DNA of 62,931 bases, filler included, from Olpidium bornovanus S191 (lineage: Eukaryota > Fungi > Olpidiomycota): NCBI GenBank assembly GCA_017911155.1. It is 27 parts of 27 records of this genome, joined end to end, with 100 filler letters (N's around TTAATTAATTAA, not from the genome) between each part and the next. Parts side by side here need not be neighbours in the genome. Positions count along the whole stretch, not along the records: positions 57,485 to 60,169 come from JAEFCI010001412.1; positions 60,270 to 61,662 come from JAEFCI010012145.1; positions 61,763 to 62,931 come from JAEFCI010013009.1; 24 more parts are not named here. One strand, 5' to 3'. Every line of letters begins with the position of its first letter. The first letter of the stretch is position 1. A program made the translations under genes and the position numbers. The notes under the pieces are model-generated. The model saw only the letters and a list, made by a program, of their open reading frames with translations, made no database searches and had not been told where the DNA came from. Of the stretch, positions 57,485 to 62,931 are shown piece after piece.

Positions 57485-59477
57485 CATGGCCGAAGGCGGC
57501 GTCGACGCTTGCCGGGACGACGACGGTCGCTTCTGCGCCTTGGACGAGGTGTGGGACCGCAAACGGCTTGCCGAGGTCCGGCGCTGGTGGAACGACCCGG
57601 CCCTGTTGGTTGATGTCGAACCCGATTCCGCTGCGGGGACCAGCTGCACGCACCCGGTCCTACCGGACGGGCCTGTGAGCTGCGAGCGAGCCAAGCCGGC
57701 AGGATGTCGAACCCGTAAGCGCACGTCGGCGATGAAAACCACTACGTTTGCGCCTGTTCGGATTTTTATGATGTCCGTTTGGCTTACGCCGGGGACTTTG
57801 TTAAATATAGAAAGATTGCCGTCCAATCGTGCGCCGTCAGATGATTCCCACATGCACAAACAGGCAAGCCGTGCGCACCTCGAACCAACAGACCGAATAA
57901 ACTCTTCAGACGCGGCACATTCTGCGCCGAAATCCTCGGCCGCGGGAGCGCTGTCGCGATCGGAGGAGAAGCAGCCCGTCGCAGAGGGTGCGAAGAAGCA
58001 TACGGCTCCGTCGCTCGCCGTCGCGCCGACCATCCCCAGCGTGCAGGAAACGGCCTCGCGTCGCGCCGGCGGGTCTCGCAAGGAGGAGCCCGCGAGATCG
58101 CCATTCCCGACGTCCGTCGCAAGCAGCTCCTCGCCCTCCGGCATCACCGAAATTGAGCCGCTGCCGGCACAAAAGGCTGCGTCAACAGCTTTTGGCGAAC
58201 ACGCAGCCGGGCAGCCTTCTGCGCTGCGCGGCGACCGCCCGCGAGCAAAGGCGACTGCGGGAGCCCCTGACGACAGGTGTGGAATTGGGTCTTGGGACTT
58301 CCAAGGAAGCTCCGCATATTACTTCCGAGACCTCGCGCGTCTGATTATAACGCGATCGTTTAGGGGGGAGCAACCGGAGAAAGCCGATTTGCTCCAAAAT
58401 AAGGTTCCTCGAAAGCCCGTCGACGCAGCTGCGCCGGCTGCGAACCTGATCGTCACCGCGTCCGAGGATGCCGCATTGTTGCCCCGCCCCACCAATTCGC
58501 TACCAGCAGAACGAACGGAGCGAAGTGCGCGGTGGCCGCGTTGCCTGGTGGTCAAAATTTCGCGCCTCGAGGTGCCGTTTGGCTGACTTGCTTTTTCCCG
58601 AACACAACGTTTCAGCCGTGGGCAAAGCGCGCGCAAACGCGGGCCTTTCCAGCAAGGTCGACGAAACGGTGGCCCGGGAATCTCAGACCCAACATGCGGT
58701 CGCGAGGGAAGCGGCACTCCGACAGCGGAAGGCCGAGGGAGGGCGGAAGCCGCCGATCGCGGTAGACGTCTCGAGCGTTGTTGCCCCCGAAGCGCAGGAG
58801 CGCCTCTTCGGCGAGGAAGTTCGCCACTCCGGGAAAGGGGGTCCGACGGGGGCGGGCGCGACGCCGCGCGAGGGGATGGGGCCAGAAAGCGGGCGCGCCC
58901 GACCGCGGACGGAGACGGCCGAAGCGGGTGACTCCCTGGAGGACGGCGACCCGAGGCGGCCAGAGGAGCGGGAGAGGGGCGGGAACGAGGACGGCAACGG
59001 CGGGGACGGGACTTGGGACGGGCCGAAGACGATGGAGCAACTAGTCGCTATGGTTTCGAACCGGTTGCATTCACGTAGGCCGCCGCGTTTCCTCGAAGCG
59101 ACGGTGGGTTTCTTCTGAGCGCGAGCTGTCGTTTTTACCGGAAAGTTCTTCCCCCCCCCGTCTATCCCTCTTTGCCCCTTGCCACTTTACCCGGCCATCC
59201 TTTCGCGGCTGCGCAAGTGACGCGGTCGTCCGCCAGCGAGGCCGATCGCGCGCGCGCCGACGCGGCAAAATCAAGAGCGGCGGAGGCGGAGAACATTAAG
59301 AAAGTCGCGCAGACGGCGGCGTTCGGCAGGGTCCTCGATGCAGACGACGAATCGGCGCTGTTCTCGCCGGCCTACGTAAATTCCCGCGAAGGCAGGGCGG
59401 CTCTCGAGAAGTACAGAAAGGCGGTGGAGTCCGCGGAAAAGGACCTGGCCGCCGCCGCCGCCGCCGCTGCAAAGTGA
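57485..59477 (+). CDS. Hypothetical multi-exon low-complexity protein, 5'-partial
   Basis: Long open frames on the + strand with plausible GT-AG junctions. The last exon ends ...EGRAALEKYRKAVESAEKDLAAAAAAAAK* (TGA at 59475-59477). No family recognised. Confidence 0.5.
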
Positions 59478-59689
59478 AAAAAAAAAAAAAACGAAGGCCT
59501 TCTTGGGGGGGGGGGGGATGGGAGGGCTTGATTTTGATTTTGCCGGATTTCTTCCCGGCCTCGGCGCATGGACACCAAACCGGGCAGGTCTCCTCATTTC
59601 CCCTTCAGCGATTGGATTTTGTTCACTTCCCGCCTCCGTTTCCCCGCGTGGTCGCTGTAGTCGAATGAGATTTACATGTTTACAGCGGC

Positions 59690-59736
<47 letters not shown>

Positions 59737-59852
59737 AAGGAAAGAGAAAAAGAAAAAAAGAAAAAAAGAGAAAAGAAGAAAAAATAAAAAAAGTTTGTTC
59801 ACAACGCAACTTGTATCGTGAGCGCCGTCTGAGAATTTGCGGATCGCGGGGG

Positions 59853-59888
<36 letters not shown>

Positions 59889-60589
59889 GGAGAACGAAAA
59901 AGGGCATGCGTGAGCACCGAACGACGCGTAAGCAACGACTCCGCGCCCGGAAAAGGGATCTCCGCCCGACGGAAGGATTAAACCGTCTTGTTAGAGACCT
60001 TCCTCACCCACCCCCCTCCCACCCTCCGACGGAACGTGAAAACAACCCCCTTCCCCGCCTCCGCGCCCCGTCGAGCGGGGTGCCTGGCTGCACAAAAAGA
60101 AGGCCCGGCGCGGGGGGGGGGGGGGGGGGGGGGTGCCCCCCCCCCCCCCCCCCCCGGCCCCCCCCGGGGNNNNNNNNNNNNNNNNNNNNNNNNNNNNNNN
60201 NNNNNNNNNNNNNTTAATTAATTAANNNNNNNNNNNNNNNNNNNNNNNNNNNNNNNNNNNNNNNNNNNNCATGACAGCTTCAAATGCAGTGTAGCTGCAA
60301 TTGCGCGCCCGGTGTGGTTTACCGGCTCCGCGACACTTTGACTTGCAACCCCCCCCCCTCCCCCCCTTTCTTTATTTTCTGCACCGTGGTTTTTTTTTTC
60401 CTGCTCGTGGGCTCTCCTCGCCGCGCGCAACCGCGCCCTTGGCGTTCTGCGCGGCTCCCGCTCTTCCAACTCCACCAGATTTTTCTTTCCAGACCCCTAA
60501 AATCCCCCCCCCCTTCCTCCCCCGTCAGAAAACCACACACCGCCGAGAAATTCCGCGCACGCGCGAGCGGGGGGGGACGGACATCAATC

Positions 60590-61662
60590 ATGGCGACCGC
60601 GGAAACAGACACCACGCACGCGGAGAACGCTTCAGCGGGCCCGTCAGCTGCTGAAAAGGACGCCTTTGTGAGGCTCCTTCAGGCCGTGAACGCAGAATCG
60701 GAAAAAGGGGAGCAACTGCTGGCCCTGGTCACCGCGGGCGGCGCGCTTGGAACGGATGCGGGTCTTGTCGGCCTCGGTAGCATTGTAAAAGATCTGCTGA
60801 GTGACTTTTGCCGTGTCACCGGTGAGCGTTTCGACTGCGGTGGCTGCCGCTACTGCGTCAGCGGAGACTACGGGGACAGGCGCGGAACTGACGCGTTAGG
60901 CGTTTACAGGGTATTGCGAGACTGGAGCAGTGCCCGAAAATCTTCCAGTTCCGCGTGATCTTTGTGCAGAGGTACGGAGTACTGCGCACTGAAGAGCAGA
61001 ATTGCTGTTTCGTATGTTTGTTGCTCCGACGATTAGCGGGCTCGCCCGTGGGGACACGTGGCTGCCTCCGGTGGGTTAACCGCTTCGACTGTTCGCAAAC
61101 CAGGAACACGAAGACGTGGGCGAAATTGTGGCTCAACTCGAAGCAGAGAATCAACGCGTGCGCGTTTTGGTAACTCGGACATTGTCCGCGTTCGCAGAAT
61201 TCGCGGCACACGGTGACCTCGGTTTCCCAGAGATCCTGCCGCATATCTATCCCGACGCCGTTCGCTACGCGGACCAAATCAAGGTCCAGCCTCTTCAGTT
61301 TGACGGTCAGCAGGCCTCGGCGGCAGAACTCAAGTCAGCTTTGGACGTCGCGAGAGAGGAACTTGCCAGTCAAGCCTTAGCCATGGAGAGAGCCAAAACT
61401 GCCCACCAATTTGCATACGATGCGGTCCAGCAGGAGCTCGAAAGCCAGCGCCGTGTGGAGGAGGATCTGAAGGCAGATTTCAACGCGGCGCAGAAAAAGC
61501 TTGCTGCTCAGCAACGTCTGGCCGATGAACGACTGGAGGCACTTGAGGCTGCGCAGAGGAAGATTGATGAACAGCAGCGCGTGGTGGAAGGCCTGAATGC
61601 AGCCCTCGCGCAGGCTCGCGGCGATCTCGAAAGCCATCGTCGAGTTTCCGAGGAAGCCATGA
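60590..61662 (+). CDS. Hypothetical coiled-coil protein, 3'-partial
   Basis: ATG at 60590, donor GTGAGC at ~60822, later heptad-rich exon AAELKSALDVAREELASQ...LEAAQRKIDEQQRVVEGLNAALAQARGDLE. Confidence 0.55.
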
Positions 61663-61762
61663 NNNNNNNNNNNNNNNNNNNNNNNNNNNNNNNNNNNNNN
61701 NNNNNNTTAATTAATTAANNNNNNNNNNNNNNNNNNNNNNNNNNNNNNNNNNNNNNNNNNNN

Positions 61763-62791
<1,029 letters not shown>

Positions 62792-62931
62792 AAGTATTCA
62801 AATACGACAAACATGGTGGGTGAATTCCCTACCATCCTTTTTTTGTTATATGCTCGTGCCGGAGTTTACACTGATTTTCGCTCCCCGCATCCCCCACGCT
62901 TTTGAAAACCAGATAATAGCGCTTTTTCGGC

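Overview
This window is not contiguous DNA. It is a concatenation of 27 short contigs or contig pieces (1.2-6 kb) joined by 26 identical 100-bp linkers (44 N + TTAATTAATTAA + 44 N), so adjacency across a gap carries no biological meaning. The DNA is eukaryotic, GC-rich and intron-rich (GT-AG introns, long poly-A/T/G/C tracts). Fungal-type housekeeping genes (VAC14, CHD1, HAP2, RTF1, RPS8, DCP1, RIO1, PYK1, BUR1, a DnaJ-X protein, Ivy1-like and Laa2-like proteins) occur together with cilium/centriole genes (CFAP97D2-like, CEP131-like). That points to a zoosporic (flagellated) fungus; an Olpidium-like organism is my inference only. Most genes are partial and were assembled by hand from exons. 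There is one tRNA-Asp(GTC), several Ty1/Copia remnants of different ages and two Ty3/Gypsy fragments. I found no convincing new multi-gene system. The best leads are: an intron-split 102-aa secreted 8-Cys protein missed by the ORF track; a CpG-deamination signature across the retroelements; an acidic higher-order repeat inside a Laa2-like protein; a Copia 3' LTR with a TATA box aimed at VAC14; and a CATG-rich higher-order minisatellite. All family assignments come from motif recognition, not database searches.
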